From assembly GCA_964415115.1 (NCBI GenBank), contig CAYPYB010000004.1, positions 25,007 to 89,006 of the forward strand: DNA of 64,000 bases. The letters are read 5' to 3'. Shown here piece after piece: positions 1 through 9,198 of the stretch. This DNA comes from an uncultured Candidatus Pelagibacter sp. (GTDB taxonomy: Bacteria > Pseudomonadota > Alphaproteobacteria > Paracaedibacterales > CAIOTO01). Position numbers and translations under genes: made by a program. Within the stretch, counting starts at the first letter, position 1. The number at the start of each line of letters is the position of its first letter. Under the pieces are notes generated by a model. That model was not told where the DNA came from, ran no database searches, and saw only the letters and a list, made by a program, of their open reading frames with translations.

Positions 1-516
1 GTTCATGATCAAACAAACATTCCTATTTTATTGTACAATAACCCTGCAAGAACATGTGTAGATATTTCAACAGACACTATTATTGAATTGTCTAATCTTC
101 AACGTGTGGTAGGTCTTAAAGATTCCAACCCAGATGCCACACGTTTTAACACCTTAAAGAATAAAGTAAAAAGTGAATTTTGCCTTTTATCAGGCGAAGA
201 TAGAATAACCCCTGCTCATCTTTTACACGGCGCAATGGGAACCATATCTGTAGTCGCTAACATTACCCCAAAATTGTGCGCTCAACAGATTAAAGCGTGG
301 AAAGATCAAGATTTAAAAAAATTTGAAATCTTTACCGATAAACTCCTCAAACACATCGATATTCTATCTTTAGAAGGTAATCCTTCTGCTATAAAAGCGA
401 TGATGTATACACAAGGACTAATTAGCAATCAACTCAGAATCCCTCTTCTTCCTGCATGCGAGAGTTTTACCCAAAAATCTCTAGCTTTCTTAAAAGAATT
501 TAAAATCGAAAATTAA
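1..516 (+). CDS. dapA: 4-hydroxy-tetrahydrodipicolinate synthase, C-terminal part (5' end lies upstream of the window)
   Basis: Frame 1 is open from nt 1 (VHDQTNIPILLYNNPARTCVDIS...). The LYNxPxRT and GLKDS motifs and the remaining C-terminal domain fit DapA. It is followed directly by smpB. Confidence 0.85.
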   Translation, partial: VHDQTNIPILLYNNPARTCVDISTDTIIELSNLQRVVGLKDSNPDATRFNTLKNKVKSEFCLLSGEDRITPAHLLHGAMGTISVVANITPKLCAQQIKAWKDQDLKKFEIFTDKLLKHIDILSLEGNPSAIKAMMYTQGLISNQLRIPLLPACESFTQKSLAFLKEFKIEN

Positions 517-520
517 AATC

Positions 521-1012
521 ATGACCTCGAATAAAAAAGAAAAAGATAATTACAAAGTGATAGCCTTTAATAAAAGTGCTAGGTTTCATTATGAAATCAT
601 AGAAACACTGGAAGTTGGCATCGTTTTAATGGGCAGTGAAGTCAAATCTATCCGTCAATCCAAAGTCAGTATTAATGAAGCTTATATCGACACCTACAGC
701 GATGAACATATTTCACAAGGGACACTGTGTTTAATTAATTCAAATATATCTGAATACAAATTTGCTCATTCATTTGGTCACTCTGAAAAACGAGCAAGAC
801 CTTTATTGTTACGCCAAAAACAGCAAAACAAATGGGCTGATGCGAAAAAGAAAAAAGGATATACCATTATTCCTTTGAAAATGTATTTCAATGCACGAGG
901 AAAAGTTAAATTAGAAATCGCCCTGGCTACAGGTAAAAAACTTCATGATAAACGTGAGACATTAAAAAACAGAGACTGGGAAAGAGAAAAGAACAGATTA
1001 CTCAAAAACTAA
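521..1012 (+). CDS. smpB: SsrA-binding protein
   Basis: 163 aa. VIAFNKSARFHYEI, GSEVKSIR and a basic C-terminal tail are typical of SmpB. Confidence 0.9.
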   Translation: MTSNKKEKDNYKVIAFNKSARFHYEIIETLEVGIVLMGSEVKSIRQSKVSINEAYIDTYSDEHISQGTLCLINSNISEYKFAHSFGHSEKRARPLLLRQKQQNKWADAKKKKGYTIIPLKMYFNARGKVKLEIALATGKKLHDKRETLKNRDWEREKNRLLKN

Positions 1013-1142
1013 AATCTTTTTTCTATGAATCTAAAGAAATACCCTCAACTAAATTATAGATGTGGATATTTTTTTGCACTATACTATGTTATAGAAAGTA
1101 AAGACCTCATCCTATTTTAAGACCATATTAACATTAAATTCT

Positions 1143-2555
1143 TTAAGATTCAGGAAATTCCTTTTTCAAAAAATCATCGATGGACTTTTGACGTAATTGA
1201 ACTAATTCTAAAGCTCTTTTTTTATTTTCAATTAAATATGGAAGCATTTTTTTATAAGTATCTTTCTTAATCGATTTAGAAATTTTAATAATATCTTCAA
1301 CGGATTCAGCAATAAACATTCCTCTCTCATCAAAATAATCACGAACATTAGGGCAACCTAAGTATATAGGAATGGTCAATGACACAAAACAACCCAACAA
1401 TTTTTCAGACAGATAATTGTGCTGTCTTGTATTTTCAATCGAAATATTGAACTGTGAATTAAATATCCATTTCTTTGTATCTGTAGGAAGCACATATTTC
1501 TGAAAATGCTTAGGATATTTTGCAATATCTCGCTTTGAAACATAAAAGCGGGTTGTTTTACCTAGCAAACTTTGAGAATCCCATATTACTTTTCTTGCTG
1601 AATATTGAAACCCCGGCTTTTCAAATTTTTCACTATTACTTCCCATACTAAGTAGAAATGAAATACTGAATTCCTTTTCTTTAGCGAGTTCATGTAACTT
1701 TACCCACGTTTCCATATATCCAGGAATCACTACCGTTTTATTATTTAATTTAATAGAGGAGAAAATCAAATCAAAACCATCTTCAATTCTTTTCGTATAC
1801 TCTCTTATTTTAAAATATAGATATGAAGAAGGGTTTGCATACGTCACTAATGGTTCGGCCGTATGTTCTACTAAATTAATACATAGTGGTTCTATGATAT
1901 TCTTTTCACCTATCCATTTACTATAGTGATATTGTCTATGCATCAAGACTGTTGGGTTGTTATCACGATACTGACCTACAGGGATATTCCAAACATCCTT
2001 CTTATATTTATTAGCGATTAAATTCAAGCGGAAAAAGTCGCTTTTATAAAAACTTTTATTACTTAAGTTATCATTCTTTACAACTAAACCTCGTCTAATG
2101 TGATAAGCAAACATATCATCGCAATGCATATCAGCTTGCAAGTGTAGAACCACTGCATGTTTGTGAAATCTTAATAAAGACTCGATGGCAAGCCATGCTC
2201 TTTTAAGTTGTGAATTTTGAGCATAGACATGAAGGATAGGAAGATTTTTATCAAAGGAGGCTTTGGGCTGCTTTAAAAAATCAACGAAAGGATTGCCTTT
2301 GCATGGAAAACATCTTAAATAAAGCGTGGTATTAAACCAATTATTCGGATCAGTATGGTTCTCAAAATTACCACTAAAATCGGTTTTCATAAAATGCTGA
2401 AGAGGATCTTTTCCGCCTAATACATGAGCATATTTTGATTGATAAAAATTACGATCAAAATATGGTTGAACAACTCTGCTATCATATCCTTGAATATAAA
2501 ATATTCCTATTGATACTAATACTAAAATGAGAAGAAAAAAATTTAATTTTTTCAC
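1143..2555 (-). CDS. Membrane-anchored glycosyltransferase, GT10 (alpha-1,3/4-fucosyltransferase)-like C-terminal domain
   Basis: 470 aa with an N-terminal anchor (LNFFLLILVLVSIGIFYI). The C-terminal FNISIENTRQHNYLSEKLLGCFVSLTIPIYLGCPNVRDYFDERGMF matches the GT10 signature (FENS....Y.TEK......IPIYWG.P.V..DFN, as in Helicobacter FucT). Confidence 0.5.
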   Translation of the reverse strand: MKKLNFFLLILVLVSIGIFYIQGYDSRVVQPYFDRNFYQSKYAHVLGGKDPLQHFMKTDFSGNFENHTDPNNWFNTTLYLRCFPCKGNPFVDFLKQPKASFDKNLPILHVYAQNSQLKRAWLAIESLLRFHKHAVVLHLQADMHCDDMFAYHIRRGLVVKNDNLSNKSFYKSDFFRLNLIANKYKKDVWNIPVGQYRDNNPTVLMHRQYHYSKWIGEKNIIEPLCINLVEHTAEPLVTYANPSSYLYFKIREYTKRIEDGFDLIFSSIKLNNKTVVIPGYMETWVKLHELAKEKEFSISFLLSMGSNSEKFEKPGFQYSARKVIWDSQSLLGKTTRFYVSKRDIAKYPKHFQKYVLPTDTKKWIFNSQFNISIENTRQHNYLSEKLLGCFVSLTIPIYLGCPNVRDYFDERGMFIAESVEDIIKISKSIKKDTYKKMLPYLIENKKRALELVQLRQKSIDDFLKKEFPES

Positions 2556-2605
2556 TGTTGTTTTCCTTAATTATTTAGAGCATAGAGATTCTTGCCACAA
2601 GGATA

Positions 2606-3352
2606 TTAAACCATCAACATTCCACCATTAATATGTAATGTTTGACCCGTCATATATTGCGCTTCGCTTGAAGCAAGATAAACAACTCCAGCTGCAATGT
2701 CTTCTGGTAACCCCATTTTCTTACATGGAATAGATTCCAACAATTTGCTTTTAACTGCGTCTGACAATTCATCGGTCATAGGTGTTTCAATGAATCCTGG
2801 TGCAATGCAGTTTACAGTAATATTGCGTGATGCAATTTCTTGTGCTAAAGCTTTGCTAAAACCAATCATTCCAGCTTTTGAAGCGCAATAATTAGTTTGT
2901 CCAGTATTACCGGATACACCGACTACAGATGATATATTAATGATGCGGCCATAACGACGGGAAATCATTTTCTTAACTGCGGAGCGTGTTAATTTAAAAA
3001 CTGAAGTTAAATTAAGGTTGATTACATCATCCCATTGTTCATCTGTCATGCGCATTAATAAATTGTCACGTGTAATTCCCGCGTTATTGACCAAAATATC
3101 AATGACCCCAAACTGGGATTCAACAAGATCAAATAATTCATGAACTGGTCCATCTTTGAGTGAAAATTCAAACGTTTCAACAGCTGTATGTCCAGCTTCT
3201 AACATCTCAGATTTCAAAGCATCAAGCCTGCTTTGGTTTGTACCCGATAAAACAACATGTGCTCCTTGTTTTGCTAATGCAAAAGAAATAGATTTACCAA
3301 TTCCACCAGTTGCACCAGTGATTAAGACTTTACGTTGAGACAAAGAAAACAT
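2606..3352 (-). CDS. fabG: 3-oxoacyl-[acyl-carrier-protein] reductase
   Basis: 248 aa SDR. TGATGGIGK cofactor motif, NNAG, Ser...YCASK catalytic motif, and the C-terminal GQTLHINGGMLMV typical of FabG. Confidence 0.85.
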   Translation of the reverse strand: MFSLSQRKVLITGATGGIGKSISFALAKQGAHVVLSGTNQSRLDALKSEMLEAGHTAVETFEFSLKDGPVHELFDLVESQFGVIDILVNNAGITRDNLLMRMTDEQWDDVINLNLTSVFKLTRSAVKKMISRRYGRIINISSVVGVSGNTGQTNYCASKAGMIGFSKALAQEIASRNITVNCIAPGFIETPMTDELSDAVKSKLLESIPCKKMGLPEDIAAGVVYLASSEAQYMTGQTLHINGGMLMV

Positions 3353-3428
3353 TTCGAACCATATGAAATAAAAAAATATACCATTAGATTATTTCATATT
3401 CTTAAAAAAAACAACCACTCTTTCAATT

Positions 3429-4190
3429 TCAAAGATAAGGATGTAACCAACGTGCAGGTTTAGTATGTTTATAAATCCTTTTGTACCACGGATTTTTTTT
3501 ATCAGACCACTTCCCCTTAATGGCATTATCAGGTTTGGGGTCCCCATGAAACGCTATGACTTTAACACCTTCTGGGCAAACAGGCGCTTTAAAGTACCTT
3601 AAATACCATACAGGTAAACAATGTTGTTTAAAACTTACACACCATTTTTGAGGCCAAAAGATAAGTTGCCCATATTTTTGGATGACTCTGTTTGATAAGT
3701 ATTCTTGCGAAGCAGTGCCAAATTCTTGAATAATATCATGTGGTCTTTGTTCGTATTCATCCTTAATATGCCCTAAAGTCCCGACCTTCCAAGAATACAT
3801 CGATGCCTGACCAACATGATTACCTTTTGTATTCCAATCATTGATGATCACAAATTCATCGTTTTTTGGATACGTAAATAAGTCATCTAAGTTCCCGACA
3901 ATAACCACATCAAGATCAAAAAAGAATACTCTTTGCATTTTCAAATGACCTAAATTATCATCGCAAAGACCTGCTTCTTTTAGATATATATAATGTTTAT
4001 GTTCGTCTAAAATGTGAATGGGTGGCAAAGGATATTGAATAATTGATTCATCCAATCCTTGGGCATGATCTGTAAAGCAGTAAAAATGAATTTCAAAATT
4101 CGTATTCTTTTTTATAGAATAATATAATCTATTTACATCATCAGAGGTATATTTATCACCCCATTTTATAGTCACAACATTGTATTTCAT
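3429..4190 (-). CDS. Putative GT-A fold glycosyltransferase (GT8-like DxD segment)
   Basis: 253 aa. FFFDLDVVIVGNLDDLF resembles the DxD region of GT8-type nucleotide-sugar transferases. I recall the N-terminal VTIKWGDKYTSDDVNRLY motif from uncharacterised alphaproteobacterial glycosyltransferase-like proteins. Confidence 0.35.
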   Translation of the reverse strand: MKYNVVTIKWGDKYTSDDVNRLYYSIKKNTNFEIHFYCFTDHAQGLDESIIQYPLPPIHILDEHKHYIYLKEAGLCDDNLGHLKMQRVFFFDLDVVIVGNLDDLFTYPKNDEFVIINDWNTKGNHVGQASMYSWKVGTLGHIKDEYEQRPHDIIQEFGTASQEYLSNRVIQKYGQLIFWPQKWCVSFKQHCLPVWYLRYFKAPVCPEGVKVIAFHGDPKPDNAIKGKWSDKKNPWYKRIYKHTKPARWLHPYL

Positions 4191-4228
4191 AAAAAATTTA
4201 ATAATTAAGAATAGATTTGCATACTATT

Positions 4229-4954
4229 TTAAGGTCTAAAATTAAATTTGACTAACCAATTTTTATCAATCGTCAAAAAAATAGCATTATTTTTATCTCT
4301 ATAACACGTGAAATCAATCCAGCCTTCAAAATGAAGACTATGATCTTCTAACGCTGTACCGTTACATATATCTTTTAATTTAGGACACCTATTTGATACA
4401 GCACAAATTTCTTCTTCAGATAAACAATTATCTCGAGCAATAACCTCTATACTTCTAAGAGGTGAATCTATTTCATCTGGGCATTCGAAAATTATGGATA
4501 CCGATAATACAGAAGGTATAAAAAAGCAATCACCTATATGAATTTTTGGTGCAACTATACGAATTTTTTGTGCAAATGGTAAAAAACATTTATATAGAAT
4601 AATTGACTCAGAACTAATATATTCATGGTTTTTACCGTAAAATAATTGGTATTCTAAACGTAATTCATCTCTTCTGATTTTTTGTAAACCGTTGTCAAAA
4701 AATTCTGGCTTCGAATCTTGCTCCTCAATACTATTATAAAGTGATGATTTCATTCCATTATGACTAGATAACGTTTTTGGTTCTTCGTTCGAAATATCTC
4801 TGATATAATGTCCATTCTTGTCGACGCCTGCAATTTGAATTTTGTAATCATTGGGATAAGGACTTGGCAAAACTGGACTATCAGTAAATTCACTCGATGT
4901 AACTTTTGAAATAAAAAACATCCCCAAAAGTAATTTGAAATAATAAAAAGGCAT
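4229..4954 (-). CDS. Hypothetical secreted Cys-rich protein
   Basis: 241 aa with a hydrophobic N-terminal signal-like segment (FKLLLGMFFISKVTSS). Eight Cys are concentrated in the C-terminal half. No family recognised. Confidence 0.5.
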   Translation of the reverse strand: MPFYYFKLLLGMFFISKVTSSEFTDSPVLPSPYPNDYKIQIAGVDKNGHYIRDISNEEPKTLSSHNGMKSSLYNSIEEQDSKPEFFDNGLQKIRRDELRLEYQLFYGKNHEYISSESIILYKCFLPFAQKIRIVAPKIHIGDCFFIPSVLSVSIIFECPDEIDSPLRSIEVIARDNCLSEEEICAVSNRCPKLKDICNGTALEDHSLHFEGWIDFTCYRDKNNAIFLTIDKNWLVKFNFRP

Positions 4955-5125
4955 AAAAAATATTTAAAATTATTTCTACATTGCCTAAAACCGTAACAAA
5001 GTTTCAATAAGCCGTCAACAAGCAATCAATAAAAATAGTTTATTTTAAACAAAACGTCAGACTTAAACTATTTCTATAATTAATTGCGTCAAATCTGTCT
5101 TCTATGTTATAAATAATTTATAAAC

Positions 5126-5215
<90 letters not shown>

Positions 5216-5497
5216 AATTTTAAATTTGATTTACTTAGCGTATATATCTTTAAAATTAAAACTTCTAAATAATTATTTTCATAAATTTTGGTGTCTTTCA
5301 TATGCATGACAGATGTGCACTGAGCGAACATAAATCTCCCCTATTACTCTCCGTTTCGCCGTTACAAGTGAACCTCCATGATAAATATATGAATATGCCA
5401 AACCCTTGATTTTAATGATCGTTGTTGATTCAAAAAAGGAGATCTACCCAAATAGCGAGTTTTTTTCAATAGGATATTCTTCGGATATATCAAGGCC

Positions 5498-5647
5498 ATG
5501 GTTGCTCAAAACTTAGCGTGCGACCTTTCTAAAGAAAAAGCTCTTAGAGTTTGTCATATTGCAGGATTTACGCCTGTTCCTTGTGGTGAAACGCATGTAC
5601 GTACACTTGAAGATATTGCTGCACTTGCAATTAAAAATTATATATAA
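5498..5647 (+). pseudogene. Possible remnant of an AlaX-like alanyl-tRNA editing protein (C-terminal 49 codons only)
   Basis: The translation MVAQNLACDLSKEKALRVCHIAGFTPVPCGETHVRTLEDIAALAIKNYI contains RV..I.GF...PCG(G/E)THV...EI. This matches the C-terminal zinc-binding motif of the AlaX / AlaRS editing domain. There is no intact upstream reading frame (in-frame stop at 5453). Confidence 0.3.
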
Positions 5648-5934
5648 GCAAAAAAGGTAAAACAAAAATATATTATGAGGTTTAATAAAGAACATCATTC
5701 AGGCAATTATATGATCCTCATACAGCAACCCACTATGTTTTAGATAGCAAATCACTGATATTTAAAATTACCTCTGATGATGTTAATAAAGAAACAAGAT
5801 TAAAATCTCATTTTTCAGAAATATTAACGGCACTGTTTACCGAACATCCTCAACCTATTTCTTACGAAAAAATCATAAATATTTTAAAACAAAACCATCT
5901 TGCTTGCCCAGATGAAACAAGATTACATCGTAAA

Positions 5935-6267
5935 ATGTCAGAGTTGCGACTTTTTCTAGCAAAATTCCACCCTAAATTATATCACTTAATTTGTAATATA
6001 CGAGGCATTGAGTATAGCCTTCCTCTATACTTAAAAGATCCAGAAATCTATGACGTGAGTTGTAAACATAAAATCAGCAATAAAAAATTGCAAGATATCG
6101 TCTCTTGTTTTGAAACATATGCCCAAGAATCGATTGTATTAAGCAAAAGATGCTTAATCACAAAAGCAGACGACGGATTTATTTTACAGCGAAAACCCGT
6201 TCACACAGAGTTGAGCCATTTGTTAGAACATTATGAAAAACAAATGATAAACTATTTACAGAGCTAA
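5935..6267 (+). CDS. Hypothetical protein carrying the end of an OmpR/CadC-type winged-helix DNA-binding domain (possibly 5'-disrupted)
   Basis: 110-aa ORF. The same frame is open upstream to 5689 and encodes YDPHTATHYVLDSKSLIFKITSDDVNKETRLKSHFSEILTALFTEHPQPISYEKIINIL...RLHRKMSELRLFLA...NIRGIEYSL. This is a Trans_reg_C-like pattern, but it has no ATG/GTG/TTG start. Confidence 0.4.
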   Translation: MSELRLFLAKFHPKLYHLICNIRGIEYSLPLYLKDPEIYDVSCKHKISNKKLQDIVSCFETYAQESIVLSKRCLITKADDGFILQRKPVHTELSHLLEHYEKQMINYLQS

Positions 6268-6269
6268 GA

Positions 6270-6452
6270 TTGCATTCTGCTGATTTTCATCATATTCGTC
6301 TCGAGTATATTTTAGCTAAACTAAAAACATATTTAGGCCTTGTTCGAATAAGTGAGTTTACTATCAGTAAAGAGCAATGGATAGAATGGCACGAGATTGA
6401 GATTAGGCAAACACTAAACGAACTTGTTCATACTATTAAGCAAACAGTATAA
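6270..6452 (+). CDS. Hypothetical 60-aa ORF (TTG start), possibly the frameshifted continuation of the preceding ORF
   Basis: It begins 2 nt after the stop of 5935..6267, in a different frame. No family recognised. Confidence 0.2.
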   Translation: MHSADFHHIRLEYILAKLKTYLGLVRISEFTISKEQWIEWHEIEIRQTLNELVHTIKQTV

Positions 6453-6583
6453 AAAATTATGTCATTACGACAACACAATCTTGAAGACTGAGTACTCACT
6501 GAGATTGGAACGTTGATTTTTGACATTAAAATAACAGTTTTTTCTAAGAACACAAAAGCCTATCAAATTTTTTGAACCAACCT

Positions 6584-7231
6584 TTAATTTGATTTTCCCA
6601 AAACTAAATCAATTATTTCTTTAGCTTTAAATAATGTTTCTTGAATACTTAAAGAGCTTGTATCGATAACCATAGAACCATGGGGCACAACAAGCGGTGC
6701 TACTTTCCTTGTCGAGTCTCTTTTATCTCTGTTTTGCAAATCAACAACTTGGCTTGTATCGATTTCAAGTTCTAAATTTTGCTGAATTCTTCGTGTTAAT
6801 CGATCATCTTCTGATGCTTGAAGAAATAATTTCACATCGGCATTAGGAAACACGACAGATCCAATATCACGTCCATCAATCACAAAGCCTTTAAATTGTG
6901 CAGATTGATCTGTAACGGATCGCTTTATTTCTTCATTCACATAATTTCTAACAATTTCATGCACAGCAATTTCAGAAGCTTTCTGTGCTACTTCTTCAGA
7001 TCTTAAAATAGATTCCGATATATCCTCTAGTGTCAATATGTCTATATTTTTGATAAAGGTATCAATGTCTTTTAAATCTTCTTTGACATGCAAATAATAA
7101 TAAGCAACTTTACGATAAAGCAAACCTGAATCAATATGCTTAAAATGGTACATCTCACACAAACCGCGTGCTAGCGTTCCTTTACCAGATCCAGAAGAAC
7201 CATCAATACTAATAATCACAATATCGTTCAA
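6584..7231 (-). CDS. cmk: Cytidylate kinase
   Basis: 215 aa. The P-loop IDGSSGSGKGT is followed by DSGLLYR, typical of Cmk. Confidence 0.85.
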   Translation of the reverse strand: MNDIVIISIDGSSGSGKGTLARGLCEMYHFKHIDSGLLYRKVAYYYLHVKEDLKDIDTFIKNIDILTLEDISESILRSEEVAQKASEIAVHEIVRNYVNEEIKRSVTDQSAQFKGFVIDGRDIGSVVFPNADVKLFLQASEDDRLTRRIQQNLELEIDTSQVVDLQNRDKRDSTRKVAPLVVPHGSMVIDTSSLSIQETLFKAKEIIDLVLGKSN

Positions 7232-7316
7232 TAAAAAAATTAATCAAGGGTATGATAAACCCATTTCATATTTTCATCAAGATATATGATTAAGGCCTAT
7301 CAAAAATATATATTAT

Positions 7317-8090
7317 CTATTTCGTAAAGAGCAGAGCCGTCAAGATATAATTGAAAATAAGGATAAAGATAGATGCAGTCACAACAGCTTGCGTTGTAGC
7401 TTTTCCAACGCCTTCAGCACCTTTTGTAGAATTATATCCGTGATAACATCCCATAATTGTTATAATACCACCAAAAACCATAGCCTTAATCAATCCTGAC
7501 AACACGTCCGCAAACTCTAAATAATGTAAAGTTTGGCTTAAATATACACTCTTGTTAAAGTTTAAATAGTATATGGATACAAAATATCCACCCAAAACAC
7601 CTATACTGTCTGCAATAAGCACAAGAATAGGTAATGTTATAAGACCTGCAAAAAATCTTGGGAAAATAAGATATTTAAAGGGGTTCGTAGACAAAGTTGT
7701 CAATGCATCAATTTGTTCTGTCACGCGCATTGTTGCAATTTCAGCAGCGATGGATGCCCCTACTCTACCTGCAACCATAAGACCTGCAAGAACTGGCCCT
7801 AATTCACGTGTCATGGAAAGAACTACAACAGTCGCAATGGCTCCTTCTGCTTGAAATCTAGAAAATCCCGTATAGCTTTGTAAAGCAAGCACCATCCCTG
7901 AAAAAAGTGCTGTCATTCCCACAACAGGAAGTGAATAAAAACCAATATTCATGCACTGGCGCAAAATTAATAGAGGATACCAAGGATATGTAAAACCTGC
8001 GGAAATAGTTTTTGCCAAAAAGCAGGAGAATTCGCCAATTAACTGAAAAAAGCGTAAAGTCGTTTGACCAATATGAGATAAAAATTGCAT
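7317..8090 (-). CDS. mlaE: Phospholipid/lipid-asymmetry ABC transporter permease (MlaE/YrbE family)
   Basis: 257 aa polytopic membrane protein. The segments GPVLAGLMVAGRVGASIAAEIATMRVTEQIDAL and GAEGVGKATTQAVV are characteristic of MlaE. Confidence 0.8.
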   Translation of the reverse strand: MQFLSHIGQTTLRFFQLIGEFSCFLAKTISAGFTYPWYPLLILRQCMNIGFYSLPVVGMTALFSGMVLALQSYTGFSRFQAEGAIATVVVLSMTRELGPVLAGLMVAGRVGASIAAEIATMRVTEQIDALTTLSTNPFKYLIFPRFFAGLITLPILVLIADSIGVLGGYFVSIYYLNFNKSVYLSQTLHYLEFADVLSGLIKAMVFGGIITIMGCYHGYNSTKGAEGVGKATTQAVVTASIFILIFNYILTALLFTK

Positions 8091-8162
8091 TTAAAATAAC
8101 GTTATCAGACTATAACTATATTTTTACAGGGTTTTTATTTCTTTTCAAGATAAGAATAGGAT

Positions 8163-9086
8163 TTAAGCAGAAAGTTTTTCTTTCTTTGAACTTTCAAGTT
8201 GTTTTTGAAAATAAGCAACAGGGAAAACAAACAAGATAATAATGCTAATTGCCAATGCAGATGTTTGCGGCCAATCTAAGTTGTTAAAAAATTCCATCCA
8301 AAGTAATCGTCCTATAACTATTGTATCAGGTCCACCCAGAAGCTCTGGAATGACAAATTCCCCCATAGAAGGCACAAAAACAAGCATAATACCTGAAATA
8401 ATTCCTTTTTTAGCAAGTGGAATGGTTATATAAAATAGCGTTTTTAGGGGTTTTGCACCTAAATTTGCTGAAGCTTCAAAAATATGTTTTTCAATTTTTT
8501 CCAACGCGTTATAAATGGGCAGAATCATAAATGGTAAATAGCAGTAGACCACACCGAGACACACTGTAAATATGTTATCTGTAAGAAACAAAGGATCTTG
8601 GATAATCTTTAGGTCTATTAAAAATGTATTGATTATTCCTTTAGTGCTTAGAATGGATATCCATGCGTAAATCCTTATTAAAAAAGAAATACAAAAAGGC
8701 ATCATAATCATAACAAGACACATTAATCGCCTCTGGGGTGAAACATGAATTAAGCTTAAAGCAATGGAAAAACCTAAAATTAATGTAATGAATGTTGATA
8801 AAGCAGACAAGCTAAGCGATGTAAATAGTGCTGTTATAAAAGAACTATCTTTTACTAAATTAATGTAATTTTCTAGATTAATAGAAATATCTATTAAAGA
8901 ATGATTTGTAAATTTCAACAAATCTGAAAAAGGAGGCGCCGACATGGCTTGTAATGAAAAACTAATTTTCAAAACAACTAAAAATGGAATTACAAAAAAG
9001 GCAACCATCCAAAGATACGGGATATAAATTAAAACTAGTTTGTCATTTTTAAAAAAACGAAAAGATTTTACAATTTTTGCAAGCAT
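8163..9086 (-). CDS. Binding-protein-dependent ABC transporter permease, PotB-like (spermidine/putrescine type)
   Basis: 307 aa with 6 predicted TM segments. It carries an EAA-loop-like EASANLGAKPLKTLFYITIPLAKKGIISG. Confidence 0.65.
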   Translation of the reverse strand: MLAKIVKSFRFFKNDKLVLIYIPYLWMVAFFVIPFLVVLKISFSLQAMSAPPFSDLLKFTNHSLIDISINLENYINLVKDSSFITALFTSLSLSALSTFITLILGFSIALSLIHVSPQRRLMCLVMIMMPFCISFLIRIYAWISILSTKGIINTFLIDLKIIQDPLFLTDNIFTVCLGVVYCYLPFMILPIYNALEKIEKHIFEASANLGAKPLKTLFYITIPLAKKGIISGIMLVFVPSMGEFVIPELLGGPDTIVIGRLLWMEFFNNLDWPQTSALAISIIILFVFPVAYFQKQLESSKKEKLSA

Positions 9087-9198
9087 TTAGTTTCAAATTT
9101 CCATTTAAGCAATGTTTATTATATTAACCCTCTATCAATCATTTTCAAGAATAATGATGAATAAGTTTATGATAACATCAATTTATTGATTGGATTTT

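Noticed and set aside
1013-1142. tmRNA (ssrA) next to smpB
   Set aside because: No tRNA-like acceptor or T-arm sequence and no tag-peptide reading frame is visible in the 130-nt spacer.
4750-5025. 91-aa minus-strand ORF overlapping the 5' part of 4229..4954
   Set aside because: It sits in an alternative frame of the same strand, largely inside the longer ORF, which has a plausible signal peptide. Its translation is hydrophobic and non-protein-like.
5513-5698. 61-aa minus-strand ORF
   Set aside because: It is antisense to the AlaX-like remnant, and its F/I/K/N-rich translation is typical of AT-rich non-coding DNA.
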